A DNA stretch of 64,000 bases from the human T2T-CHM13v2.0 reference genome, Homo sapiens: NCBI RefSeq assembly GCF_009914755.1, contig NC_060935.1. The stretch is one strand, 5' to 3'. Shown here piece by piece: positions 26,591-41,946 of the stretch. Position 1 is the stretch's first letter, and each line of letters starts with the position of its first letter. The notes under the pieces are model-generated. The model was not told the DNA's origin. It did no database searches and saw only the letters and a program-made list of their open reading frames with translations. The translations under genes and the position numbers were made by a program.

Positions 26591-27642
26591 CCCTCGTGCC
26601 AGCTCAGGTACAGAAGAAACAGATACGTTATGCAAAGATCTCTTCTCATCCCTTCCTTGTGTCTCCCTGGGAAGGGCAGAGAATGAACTGCTTAGCCTGA
26701 GATCTACATCTGGGGTTCACACAAGTCACCTGTGGTAGAGTCTCCTTTGTTCACACATATTTAAATACAAGAAAAGCTGTAAAGAAAAGGAAATTATGTA
26801 TACGCTTAGTTATACTTGGAAGTTAATCACCAATTGCAACCTTGGTACTTTTAACTACTTGGATTATAGTCAGAAACAATTTGCATGTTTTACCAAATCC
26901 CCTCACCTAGATTCCTACGTCAGAACAGCACCAAGATGCTCAGCACTTGTCAATACTCTTTCCAGCTGGCAGGTGAGATAGAACTTGGCTCAGCCTTTGA
27001 CAACTGTAATGGCATCTATGGGATTTATTTGCAAGAAGCTGGATGCCTTCTCTCTTAAGATGCTTTCATTTCTGGGCATGGGATGCCACACCCAGGGCCT
27101 GGTGCATGTAATGAGTGGCAGAAATGAGCATGTCCATTGTAGAAGATGTTAAAATTACTTACTTTGGGGTCAGTTCTTTTTTGGGGGGAAAGGGGCATAC
27201 ATGATGGGTGACAAGGCAATAGTAGGAATTTGCTATTTGGTAATCCTTCCCTGTGAAGGAGAGAACTAGGACAGTCCTAACTGAGCTGTGTCATGGGTTC
27301 CACACACAGACACAGATCACCACCACTCTACTAACTGCACATGGAGCAGTGTTTTACTTCAAAGTGCTGAACCACTGTTACATCTTGTTCTTAAATCACA
27401 AGGTTTAAATAGCAGTGCCATGTTTAATTAGGGCCCGAGTAAGACTTCTGCTTTGAGGAAGAACAACCTCTGAAATGGATCCTTTCATCTCTGAAAGGTA
27501 TGTCATAAAGTAAAAGCCTTATCCATGTGTAATAAGCAAAGGTGGAGTAAATTAGAATTAGAGATCTGAATTCTAGGATTTTGGGAAGAACTCTCTGAAA
27601 CTATACAGAAGAACTAATTGATTCCTAATAAGAGCTATCTCT

Positions 27643-27922
<280 letters not shown>

Positions 27923-27999
27923 TTAAATACAGTTTTAAAAGTGATCAGAAAGTTAATTTTCTTAAGTAGTGTTAACATACCTCCTTTGAGTGTTTGGGA

Positions 28000-28240
28000 A
28001 GCTGCGGCATAGCAGGTGGGCATGTAGTCTTTGAAAGCAGACAAATGACTTTTCAAATTTTTATTCCTCCATTCATTAGCTCTTTCATCTTGAGCATTTT
28101 ACTTAGCTGTTCTAAATGCACATTTCTCATCTTTAACCTGAGAATAATAAAACCCAACCAACAGGAGATTTACAATAATTCCATGAGATAATGTAAGGTG
28201 TCTGTCCCACAAGAGTGTGCACAATTCATTTTCTTTGAAC
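28000..28240. mobile_element. MIR remnant
   Basis: ttgagcattttacttagctg...tttctcatctttaa...tgagataatgtaagg. Confidence 0.5.
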
Positions 28241-28319
28241 TTTTCCCCCACAGAATAAAATGTGCTTCCCTTCAGACACATCAAGTTGATGTCATTTGAT
28301 CTCTTGTCAGCAGGAATTG

Positions 28320-29860
<1,541 letters not shown>

Positions 29861-31020
29861 GGCGTCTCCTAAAGTGTTATCTGTCCAAGGTTAATGACCA
29901 CCTCCTGGTTTTATGCTACTGTGTGTCTACACTGAGAGAGAAAGGAGGAAAAATGTGAAATTGTCTGCCAGTTTCTTGGTACTTTAAATTTGTATCTTCT
30001 TTTCCAACCCTCCAGCTATTTTTTACCACTAGAGTCCTCAAAGAGATGCTCCATCCTTTCTGCACAGGTTTTACAGCTACATTCAACAGGAGAGACAATG
30101 TGAATTGTGCTTACCCATTTTACCTCAAACCAAAACCTAAGATTGATTTGGGACCATTTTTCTCCAGTAGTTACAGTATATTTGTATTTCTCCATCCATA
30201 CTCTGTTTTTCATTTCTGACCCTTAAGTTCCTTTTCTGACCTTAGTCCTAGATAGATAGCCAGGGTTGTGAGTATGAGGCATATCAGTGGAACAGAGTAA
30301 AACCAAGTGGATATTGAACACTGAGCTTTGGTTTCCTTAGCACTGTGCTCTCAAAAATTGAGTTAAATGAGTCTGGACACAGGACAAGAGAAAACTTTAA
30401 CTCGGCTTATGTTCAGATTATTTCAAATGAGTGAGTTAATGAACCCCTTAAGCCACAGAAATTATCTGTATCAATTCACAAAACAGGAAATCAATGAACG
30501 CTTTCTTTGGCTGGCAAGTGTGGTTGTTGGAAATTCTGTGACATTTGCTTTTTAAAATGTGAGTGTGTGCGTGTGTTGCCAGCGTCGGTGACGGGCTGCA
30601 GCGAGAGGTGGCTTGGGGACCCAGTCAATGGAAAGAAAGAAATGGAGGAAAGTGGTGATGGGAGCCCTGGAGAGCTTGTTCTGACGGCTTTTACTGGTTT
30701 CATCGGGTTTCGTCTCTTGCTCTGGAGTCATCATGTAAACTTGGGTCTCTGGGAACATCTTTCCTTTCACAGTGATCTGGCTGATGAGGTTAAATCAATC
30801 TAATCCCATGAAACTGCCTGGTAGCTTCCTGCTGTTTCAGAATAAACTGTGGAAGAAAAGTCATCCCCGCCTTTAAGTTGCTGTCCTTAGTCGCAATGCA
30901 TTCGGCGTTTTGGTAGCGACGCAAACACCAGCACATTTCAGGCATCGCTTTAATATTAATAATTCTTCCTATTCTCTCATTTCCACTGCACCCAGAGGCT
31001 CTAAGAGCTGGTCTGCAACA

Positions 31021-31036
31021 CCGCCACCTGGTGGCT
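31021..31036 (-). promoter_or_regulatory. Predicted CTCF site
   Basis: Minus strand reads AGCCACCAGGTGGCGG, a close match to the CTCF core CCACCAGGTGGCG, in unique CpG-enriched DNA. Confidence 0.7.
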
Positions 31037-31773
31037 CCAAAGCTACATGGACGAAAAAACCAAAATCTTGCTGGTTTTTAGTTTTTTGTTGCTGCTGTTG
31101 TTGTTGTTTTGCAAGCCATTTCTTCTGCTGCTTTCAGTTGACTTAGGATGAACTTATGGCAGATTTGTGCATCATTTTATGCCTCTGCTCAAGCCATTTT
31201 TCTCTTCCTGGGGGCACATGCCCAGAGGCGTCCGAGGTCAAGAAGAAAGAAAACAGAGGGATTTGGAAAGCAGCAAGGGTTTCTGATAAGAAACTCTAAG
31301 AATTATAGAGAGAAAATGGTGCTACTGGGATGCATCTGATGTGAACGTAGTTGTATGAAGTTTCCTTGTCTTCTTGGGTAATTTCAGGAGTTTTTAGTCT
31401 TTACACAGACAATAGACAACATGTTTGAACTGGGAGATCTTTTTGCATTGACATTTCTGGGTTTTGGAGTCATTGGTAGAGAAAATGACTTCCACACCAA
31501 ACTTCCCCCTGCTCAGTACCATGCCTTAGCCCCTTCTCCAGACTTAGCCCCTAAAAGTGCTTTGTTGTTTCATGTGTAATGATTTTTCCTTCTAAACAAA
31601 TCTGGAGAGTTTTACTGTTCCCTGAAATTTTGAGTATTCTAGTTGAAAATGCCAAAATGAACACTAGCTGCTTCAGTAATCCTGATGGGAACATACGTTT
31701 GTAAGAAACAGGAATCTGCTGTGTTTTTATTTTACTCCTGTGGGCATCTCATCTTTCTCCCCAAGTTACTCAC

Positions 31774-31906
31774 CTTAGGAATTCCTTTTTCATTTTTTTC
31801 CAATTTCTCCTTAATGTGATGTGTGTATATTTTTGTATGTATGTATACATGTGTGGGTGGGGTGTATGTATGTGTGTTATATATTCTCTTTACTAAACTT
31901 AAATTC
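31774..31906 (-). other. Candidate non-coding exon (133 nt)
   Basis: Minus strand acceptor cctcttttttttcttatttatgcAG|G and consensus donor AAG|GTGAGT. No transcript evidence. Confidence 0.3.
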
Positions 31907-33559
31907 CTGCATAAATAAGAAAAAAAAGAGGCACCTCTGCCTTTCAGGAGTGACTGTTCTTCAAGATTTTTAACTATGCCTCCAGGTTGTGTCCCCACCC
32001 CTCAGAATCTTGTCAATTAGAGCATTCACTGCAAGATCTGAAGACGTGGTAGCAAAAGCATCAGCATTGCTGCCTAGCTTTCTCCCCTTCATCATTTGTC
32101 CCGCAGTTGTCAACCAAGTTCAACCTATTTGAGAGTTGTCATAAAAGCCAGCTAGAAGCTCAGAAATTAGTGTTAATACAGCAGCCTCTTCACTCTAAGC
32201 AATGAAAAGAGACTGGTTATTGGGCAACAGAAAAGATACAGTGAAGATGAAATGGTACCAAATTATCTATATGCTGTATGACCAATCTCTGGACATTTGA
32301 GTATCAAAGTGATTTATTATTACACATGAACTTAGAAACATTTAAGGACAGAGACTAAAGCTATTTCATATCCTCCCCCTACCCCCTGCCATCCAAAATC
32401 TTAAGAACTTGGAAATTACATACTAGTTCACTCAAAAACATACATAGAGACTTAATGATCAGTTGGAACCCAAGTTCCAACTTTATTATAGTCAAATTCA
32501 TGAAAAGTCTACAATTATCTGGATCACTGATAATAGTTGTATCAAGAATACAGAAGTAAAAGAAAAATTAAGGTTTCCTGACAATCCAAAATTATGTCAC
32601 AGATCCCATTTACCAAAACTTACATTTTAGTTCTTCATTCATAGGTGAATTTCTTAAACCCATTGTCAATATACATAAATGACTTAATTTTCATAGAATT
32701 ATCTCAATAAGTTTGGCCAAAACCACATTAGAGATACAAAGTTTGGCAGTGAAATTCTGGTTTAGGCAAACAAGCTTACAACACTAGGGCATTACAGGTA
32801 ACAATTTGGGGAAATTTTTTTAAACACACAAAAATAAAATCAAGAAGTCAGCGTTCCAGTGGCCTGGGACATTTTGTATAGGAGTTAGTAGCCTCATCAA
32901 TCACAATACTTCCAAGTATCGTAGGGTATTATAGCATCGCATAAAACATTAACTGCACCCCAGAATCTAGATTATGCTCTTCGTCCTCTGCTTGAAAGGC
33001 AATGAATATGTATGATATATTTTAGGGCTATTTCCACAACAAAATGGTTGAAAATATTAAAGATACATAACAGTGAAACCCTCTGCTTTACAGAAATAAG
33101 ACATATTACTGATGTATTTCTGGCACCAGAATGGACCTGCTGAAGAATCCCAGTCACTATAAGTGTATAGGCAAAAATGTCTGACAGTAGCATGAATGTT
33201 CTTGAAAAATTGAATGTAAGTAGAACTGAAGGTAGGAGAAGAATGTTAATTTCATGGAGATGATTGTTAGTACAGAATTTGGGATAGAAAGGAAGTAATG
33301 GGAAGGAAGAGTGAAGAAAGGAGAGAATTAAAAACAAAGTCATATATTCATATACCATATTATTTATTAATTAAACAAATTTTACTGAATATCCCACAAC
33401 AAAATCAAAAACAAATATTGGTCTCTGAGATAGTTCTAGCATCCAAATTTCTTGGCTAATCTCCTAAGTAAATAGCTTATTTTAAAGAAAATCAAAAGTC
33501 AGCGAACAAAAAGTATAAATCCAAAATGTGTGTGGGGGGAGCAATTTAGAACATTTTTA

Positions 33560-33900
33560 GACCCTTGTAACTCAAATTAGAATCTATGGATCGGTAGCAT
33601 CAACTTCATTTGGGTGCTTGCTGAAAATGCACTTCCAGGAATTATCAACATGTGACTCGTGCAGTTACATAGGGCCTTATGCTCAGAAGGGCTCTGGGAT
33701 TGGTTTAATATGTTGTTTTTGCCATCTTGAAATTCTTAATTTTTGAACAAGGGTCCCTGAATATTCACTTTGCACTGGACTCCACACACCATGTAGGCCC
33801 TGTGCAGGCTCTTGGGCCCCACATCTGAGCTGCTGAACAAGACTCTGAATTTTGTCTTCAGGTGATCTATCTCCCTGTGCCCTAAAATTTAAGAAACATT
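33560..33900. mobile_element. MER5A-like MITE split by a MER45A-like element (~33636-33802)
   Basis: The MER5 halves (agcatc...gaaaatgca / gggccccac...gactctg) flank gggcc...gctcagaaggg...gccatcttgaaattcttaatttttgaacaaggg...tttgcactgg. Confidence 0.7.
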
Positions 33901-34271
33901 ATTTTCAACCATAAAGAACAATTTTAATACGTAGTATTTTTTTTCTCTTGTATCACGTGTACCATTCACATGTTTTATTGTTCATTGCTCCTGCTTTAAG
34001 TTAGTGGGGGATTCACTTACATAACCTACTATACGAATGACCTTCATTGTTGGTATTTTGTGTAACTGCTGATGAATGTGTGTGTCTTCTTAACAGGTTT
34101 CTCCTTCATGAAACAAAGGGTGAGCACCATTTTCAGTTCAAAATGTGGGTAACAGGATGAAGTCAGAAAATCAGTTAAAATTGGAAGAAAAGGAAGAAAT
34201 AAGAGGAAACTAAAGAAAGAAGGCCAAAGAAGAAGTGGAAAAGCAATATTGAAAGAGTGAGATTGTTAACA

Positions 34272-35050
34272 TTGTTGTATCATAAAGAACTTGTGTTGTC
34301 TTTGTCTTGGGTTCTTGGCATGGAGCTTTTAAAATCTTTGGGATTTCCTAAGTGTTAAACATGTCTTTGTTTTTTATGAACATCTCGGATCACACCAGAG
34401 TGTAGGATAATGAGGTGATTCATAGCGGGCCCAATGATAGCTTCAGGAAGCGGGCTGGTCAACAGAAAGGACAACCGTGTGATTAGAAGGTTGGCCTTTG
34501 AGTCGGCCCAATCTCCAGGGAGAGGGGAGTGACTGGACTTAAAGTTCAATTACATGTCCAGTGGCTTAAGCAGTCATTCCTATGTAATAAAACCCAATAA
34601 AAACTCTGGACACTGAAGCTCAAGTGGAGCTTCCTGGTGGTGTGAATATGTTGATGTGACAAGAGGGTGGCAGACCCTGATTTCACAAGATGGTTCAGAG
34701 CTCTGCATTTGAGACCCTCCCAGACTTCACCCTATATATCTATTTATTAAGTTGTTCCTGATTTGCATCTTTTATAATAATAAAAACGTAATAATAAGTC
34801 CAGCACTTTTGTAAGTTTTATGAGTTATTCTAGCAAATTATCAAACCTGAAAGGATCTTGGAAACCCTGGAATTTGTAACCAATAGTTCAGAAATGCTGG
34901 CGATCTCAAAAATATGGCTGGCATCTGAATTGGTGATAGTCTTATTGAGAATTGTGCTCTTTAGCCTGTGGAGTCTGCATTAACTACAGGTGGTTAGTGC
35001 TAGAATTAAATTGTAGTCCCCAGTGGATAGCCAGATAGCTGGTATTAGAG
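34272..35050 (+). mobile_element. MER21-family solo LTR (MER21C-like)
   Basis: gatagcttcagg...gtgattagaaggttgg...aataaaaactctggacactgaagctc...gagaccctcccagacttcacccta...ctagcaaattatcaaacctga. Confidence 0.8.
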
Positions 35051-35973
35051 CAAAGGTGAAAAAGTAAATGCAAGATGTTGACCCTGTTTTGTGTCTCCAC
35101 TGAGGTCAAGTCCCTGGTCACATAGATGCACACTGAACTGCAATAAGTCATTCGAAAGTGATGGCTTTGGGATGACTGATTGCAGTTCAGCATGCATAAG
35201 CCAAGCTTGCAATAAGCCAGGCTTGTACTCTGCTTTATACACATAAAGCTGGTGGCCTGTACAGGTCATGAGACTCAGAAAGAAGATGCCTGTTCATTCT
35301 CAAAGTAAGCTCCCAAAGCTCCTAAAGACAAGGGGATGGGAGAAGCAAGGGAAGAGAGTGGGAAGTGGGGAAAACATATTGTCTTCTGTAGCTGGGAAGT
35401 TCTAGCATCACAAAAATGGGACTAATGATCTACGAACCCTTGCTACCTCAAAATCGGAAGTCCTTAATCTTTTTGGACTGCATAAATGCACTTCATAATA
35501 AAAGCTGCAGACTCTTAGTTCAAAAAATTCAGCTACAAATGAAATTTTGCTTATAATTTCATCGGTTCACAGGCCTTCTGAAACCCATTCATGGTTATCT
35601 GTTCCAGTGACTCAAGGTAAGAGGCCCTGTGTTATGTAATAGCATGGATTGGTGAATTCAGTGGTGCCTGAATTCGATATGCTAACTGACCTTTGTCATT
35701 TAGACTTGGATATATTGCCTAACTTCTCAATTTGTACCTTTCATAATTTTTGTGAAAGTCACATTTGACATAAAAAAGAAATCCAATAAGTGGTAGCTGT
35801 TATCATATTCCTGAAAACCCATCTGCTAATAATATGCGTGTGTGTTAGTGGATTTATTTTTTCTCTTCCTTTAAAGAAATATATAATAAACAAATATAAT
35901 ATATATGTGCTTAATTGTATAGAGAAGTGCTCACTGTTAAATAAAATAAATAAATTTGTGAAAAAGAAAATGG

Positions 35974-36250
35974 GGTCAGGTGTAGTGGCTCACACCTGTA
36001 GTCCCGGTGCTCTGAGAGGCCAAGGCAGCAGGATCACTTGAAGCTGGGAGTTTGAGATCAGCCTGGGCAACATCGCAAGATTCCATCTCTATAAAAATAA
36101 AAATAAAAAAAATTAGCCAGGCATGGTAGTGCATGCCTATAGTCCTAGCTACTTAAGAGGCTGAGGCAGGAGGATCAGTTGAAAGGTTACAGTGAGCCAT
36201 GATCATGCCAGGAGTTCCAGGTTGCAGTTAGCTATGATCAAGCCAAATCA
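35974..36250 (+). mobile_element. AluJ with a rearranged right arm
   Basis: J diagnostics (ggatcacttga, cctgggcaacat, ggaggatc); AAAAAGAAAAT on both flanks. Confidence 0.85.
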
Positions 36251-38119
36251 AAAAAGAAAATAAAAATTCCATGAACTTCCCATCATCCAGAGAAATCCAG
36301 TGCAAATTCCATAGTCTGTTTTCAATCAATAATCAGCATTTCATGTGTCGGTAATAGTGGTTTATATTATCATTTAAATATTTGTATAATATTGCATTGA
36401 TTTAATTCCATTATTTATGAAGCCAAGCTCCTGTTGATATAGGCTTTCAGATTTTAATTATTGTAATTAATGCTGTAAAAAATCCCCCTAATACATACGC
36501 TTTTAAAAAGTTGTCTTTCTTTTCCTTAGAAAACATTTCTGTAGGTAAAATTTCTTATTCAAAGAATGTGCACATTTTATACTTTGAAATCTCACCAAAT
36601 GCACTCTTGAAAAGTTTAATCAAGTTACATTACTAATAACAGGACACAGAAACAAAAGTATGGCTAAATCCTAACAACATAACACACTGTAAATCTTTCC
36701 AATCTTTAGCAAAATGCTAGATGGAAAAAAAAAGTCCCTCTTTATGTGCATTTCTTTGATTAAATAGTGATTTTGGATCCTTAGCCTTTATTATTTGATA
36801 CATTACCTGTTTGTATCTTTTGTTCCTTGTTTTGTTTTTGTCTTGGGGAGAAGGGAGTTTATTTTTATTTTTCATCTTCCCCCACCAGAGATAATTAGGT
36901 ATTGGGCATATAAAATTTTTGTCTGGCATAAACAGTTTTGTTTTTCAAATTTCCACTTGCTTTTCAAATTTGCTTATGATGATATTTTTTGATATAAAAG
37001 TTAAAAAGATGTCATCTATAATCGAATTTTAAGTTGCAGTTTCTGTATTTTACATCAGTCATAGAAAAAATATGGTTTTTCAAGAGAGCACTGTAGGATT
37101 TTAATTTACACAGTATAAAAATATTTTATAATGTAAATCAGTAACCTAATAATCATTTTTAAAAGCCTAGTCTTGATGTAAGATACTCCTAAATGGAAGA
37201 TACTGATTACCATCAAAGACTTTCCAAAACTCCCAAAGTTTGGACTTGCAGTCTCTTAGAAGGCAGGTTAGTTATCAAAGATAGAGCAAAATCTTAAATA
37301 AAGAGAACTGGTTTAAAATGTTGATTTACCACTTAAAATTAGGTGATATGTGGAAAATCAACTCTCTGAGTCCAGATCTGTTAAATATGTTAAAGTCATA
37401 CACATTATCTAATCATAATGTTAATTACTCAATAAATATTTGTTTAAAATGTTCAATTTGTTGTGTTTTCAAAAATTTTGCAACCACTATAGTTTCCTTC
37501 CTCTCTCCCTTCTTCTCTTCCTTCCATCTTTCCTTTCCTTGTATGTTTTTGTAATCATACTGCACTTTGTATAGCTTGATTTTAAGCAAAACTTTCTGAA
37601 ATATGTAATTTATACAAAACTTTTGATAAATACACAAGCTTAAAAATGACTACCAACACATAAAAATTAAATTACCAGCACTTCGAAGGTCTGAATGTAC
37701 TTCCTAATCCATTTGTGCCTCTTCTGCCTCCCCCACCTCTTAATAATTATAATATTGCAATCCTGGAATTTGTTTTACTTTTTTTCTGACTTTCTTTATA
37801 TTTTACTTAATGTACATGTTTCTGAAGTGTATAAAATTGAAGTTATAATGAATGTATTATCTGCATTTTTAAAAATTCAGTGTTGCTTTATATTTCTGAG
37901 ATTCACCATATATTTTGAGTTGATTCATATTTGTTGCTTTTATAGTTTTCCACTATATGAATGTACTGAAATTCATTTCTACATTTCCTTAAGCATTTCT
38001 ATCATTTTTTATGTGTCTTTTGGTGCACAAATGCCTGAATATGGCTAGAATTTTGGAATTCCTGGATTCCAGACAAAGCAAAATTGTTTCTTAAAATCAT
38101 GACTACCCTGCCAGTAGTG

Positions 38120-38432
38120 TATTATTATTATTTCTTATTATTATTATCATTTTAAGACAGGATCTCTCTCTGTCACCCAGGCTGAAGTGCAGTGGCATGA
38201 TCACAGCTCACTACAGCCTTGACCTCCCTGGCTCAGTCAATCCTCTTGCCTTAACCTCCCTAGTAGTTAGGCATGAGCCACCATGCCTGGCTAATTTTTT
38301 TCATTTGTTGTAGAGATGGTGGGGTGTCTCACTATGTTGCCCAGGCTGGTCTAGAACTACTGAGCTCAAGCAATCACTCTGCCTCAGCCTCCCACAATGC
38401 TAGGATTACAGGCATGAGCCACTGTGCCAGGC
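38120..38432 (-). mobile_element. AluJ with (ATT)n tail
   Basis: atcacagctcactacagccttgacctcc; ctcactatgttgcccaggctgg. Confidence 0.88.
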
Positions 38433-38797
38433 TTATTTCCTATTTTTTTCATCACTTTGAAGAGTCAGACTTTCTAATTTTTGCCTATTTCATGACTGTC
38501 AAATGCCATTTTATTATGATTTTAACTTACATGTACCTCCTTGTTAGCCATGTTGAACATATTTTCTTATGTTTGTGGCCAAACATTTTTCTTTTCTGTG
38601 AAAGAATTCAAAACCTTGGCCAACTTTTAATTTGGTTTCCTTTTTTTTTTTATTGATTCATATCATTCTTTATATATTCTCTATACTAAAACATGTCAAA
38701 TATTACAAAAGTCTACAAAGATAAGCTTCCCATTTCTGGTTTGTCTATTTGTTTTCTTTAGGGACCACAATGTGTTTTTAAAATTACATGATATTTA

Positions 38798-39105
<308 letters not shown>

Positions 39106-41639
39106 AAAATTACATGATATTTAATCCAACTAAGATAAAATGTTGTGTATGACGAGGCCTAAGGAATCAATTTTGTTTCCTTCAAATGAAAAATTAGTTG
39201 CCCTAAAATCATTGATTTAAAACTCTTTCCTTTCTTCACTAATTGGCAATGCCAGTTCTGACGTATATCAATTTTCCATTTATATGCGGGTCACTATTTG
39301 GGCTCTCATTCTGTTGTATTTATCTATTGATCTATTACTGTACAGTTTTACCACAGTTTATAAGTGTTGATAGCTGGTAGAAAATGTCCTCCTAAATTAT
39401 CTGATAGATTCAGAAGTGTCTTGGTTGTTCTTGGACTTTTGCTCTACCAAAAAAGTTCAGAAACACCTTTAGTTTCAAAGAAAATTACTAACTTAATGGG
39501 ATTTTCTTCTGAATTAAATCATTCTGTGGGTCAACGCAGGGAGCACTGACAGTTTTGCAATGCATCTGCTGTTCCACAAAAACAGAATATTTCTACATTT
39601 ATTCAGGTTTCCTTTAGTTTATTTCAATAAATATATATGGTATATACATTGTTTATACATAAAGGTTTGCACACATTTTGCTAGATTTATACCAGGAGTA
39701 CTTCATATTTTTGGTTTCAGCAGTAATGACATCTTTTAAAAATTATGTAATCTATGTATTTAAGTCTAGTATAATAAATGAAAATGAGTTGTGCATAAGC
39801 AGCAGAAAACTTGGAAAAATATTATTTAAAATATTACTGCTTTTTCTATATTTTTATGTTTTTCTGGTTTTTCTACCACAAGAATCTTATAAGTCAATGG
39901 TATCAGTTTTATTTCATTCTTCACAGTTCTCTCTGTCTTTTTTTTTTTTTCTGGACCCTCCAAACTAACTAGAAAGAACAAAAACGAGAATTCTGTTTGT
40001 ATTTCTGATTTTAAAGAAAATGCTTTCCAAGTTTTACCATTAAACATGGTCTTGCTTCCATTCCTCCATCCACCATCTTTTTCTTTGGTTGATGCTACTA
40101 GAAGGGCTAAAAAAGTTCCTTTGAATTTCTAATTTACAAAGAGATTTTATAATTAAGTACTGGTTATTTTGATAAATGATATTATTAATCTATTGAGGTG
40201 ATCCTATGTCTGTTAGTGTTATAAATAACATTAGTTGATTTTCTGATTATAAACTATCTTTGAATTCCCACAAAAAGCCAATTAAGTCATTTATTTTATA
40301 AACCTTACTGTACAGCTTTATCAGTTGCTAACATTTTGTTTGGGATTTTTGCTTCTATGTTTACAAGTAAAATTGTCATATAATTTTTCTTTCTCATATT
40401 TTCCTTATCTGCTTGCAGTGCCATATTAAAGATGACATGATAAAAATATTTGGGGTGTTGTGTGTTTTTCTCTACACCGGTAGAAATTGAGTAAAACTAG
40501 AATTTATTGTTTTCAGATATATTAACAGAACCCACTTGTAAAATTTTCTGGTATTACTTTGGGAAAAGGTTTGGAACTATTGATTCGATTATGTAAATTA
40601 TTACAGAATTATTCAGAATTGTCTTTTTAGATTGAGTGAATTATGTAGATTTTCTAGGTTTTTGTCCCTTTCATCTAAATTTTCATCTTTATTAACATAA
40701 AGATGATAATTATATATTTTGAATATTTTGAATGGCTACTATGTCTGTGGCTGTGCTCTAATTTTTATTTCTAATACTGTTTATTTGTATCTTCTCTTTT
40801 TTTTGTGGTCAGTCTGGCCGGTGATTGGTCACTTTTTCAGTCTTTAAAATGAACTCACTTTAGGCCTTTATGTTTTTTTTCTTCTAGTTTACCAATTTCT
40901 TCTCATATTTATTCTTACTTTCTGTCTTATGTTATTCTTTTTTAAGTGTCTCAATTTGGATATTTAATTTGTCTAAAAATAATTTCTTCTTCCCTAGCCT
41001 AAGGATTTAATAATGTTTATTTTGACATCAGATCACAAGCATCTTGGTGATTGTGCAGTATTAAGAGAGTAAATAGTATCTTATTGCCATTGTGTTTTTG
41101 TCATTGATGCTTATTTATAAGAATTTTTAAATTTCCAAATTAATATTCTTTTCCCAATTATCTTTTTGCTAATAACTTCCTTGGATTATAAGAATTCCTA
41201 TTTTTGACATTTGTTGAGATTTGATTTATGGCTCTTTATGTGATCAATATTTGTAAATGTTTCATGTATGCTTAAAAAGAAAGTATATGATTCAATTGTT
41301 GACTGGTACTTTATAAATGTACACTAGACAAAACTGACAATTTTATTGCTCAAAATTCTTTATTCTCACACATTTTCATCTATCAAAGACCAAGAAGGAC
41401 ATTAAAATTTTTCACAATAATGGATGTTGCATAATTTTTCCCCTCAAATTTTGTTAATATTTGCTTCAGATTTCCTCATGCAAAGCTATTAGTGTCATAG
41501 AAGTTGCAAATTGTATCATACTTGAAAATGGATCATTATGAGCTGACTATATTTCTTGCTAGTAATACTTTGCCTTAAAGTCTATTTTTTCCTGATATTA
41601 ACATAGCCACACCAGTTTTGCTTTTTTACATTTAAATTC

Positions 41640-41946
41640 ATTTATTATTTTTTATTTTGTTTTATTTTATTTTTTGAGACAGGGTCTTGTTCTTTTGCCC
41701 AGGCTGGAGTGACGTGGGATGATCACAGCTCAGGCAGCCTTGACCTCCTGTGCTCAAGCAATCCTCCTGCCTCAGCCTCCCAAGTAGGTAGGACTACAGG
41801 CATGTGTCACTATGCCTGGCTAATTTTTTTTTTTTTTTTTTGGTAGAGATGGGGTCTCATTATGTTGCCCAGGCTGGCCTCAAACTCCTGGGTCCAAGCA
41901 ATCCTCCTGCCTTGGCCTACCAAAGTGGTAGGATTACAGGTGTGAG
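41640..41946 (-). mobile_element. AluJ
   Basis: gagacagggtctt...gatcacagctca...gcctcccaagtag...caaagtggtaggattacaggtgtgag. Confidence 0.88.

Noticed and set aside
32972-33358. 128-aa hydrophobic ORF, and similar F/L/I-rich ORFs such as 37695-38048
   Set aside because: Composition reflects T-rich DNA; no recognisable domain or gene structure.
34080-34150. Plus-strand acceptor (tcttcttaacAG) with nearby donors
   Set aside because: The implied exon is tiny with weak donors and no supporting neighbours.
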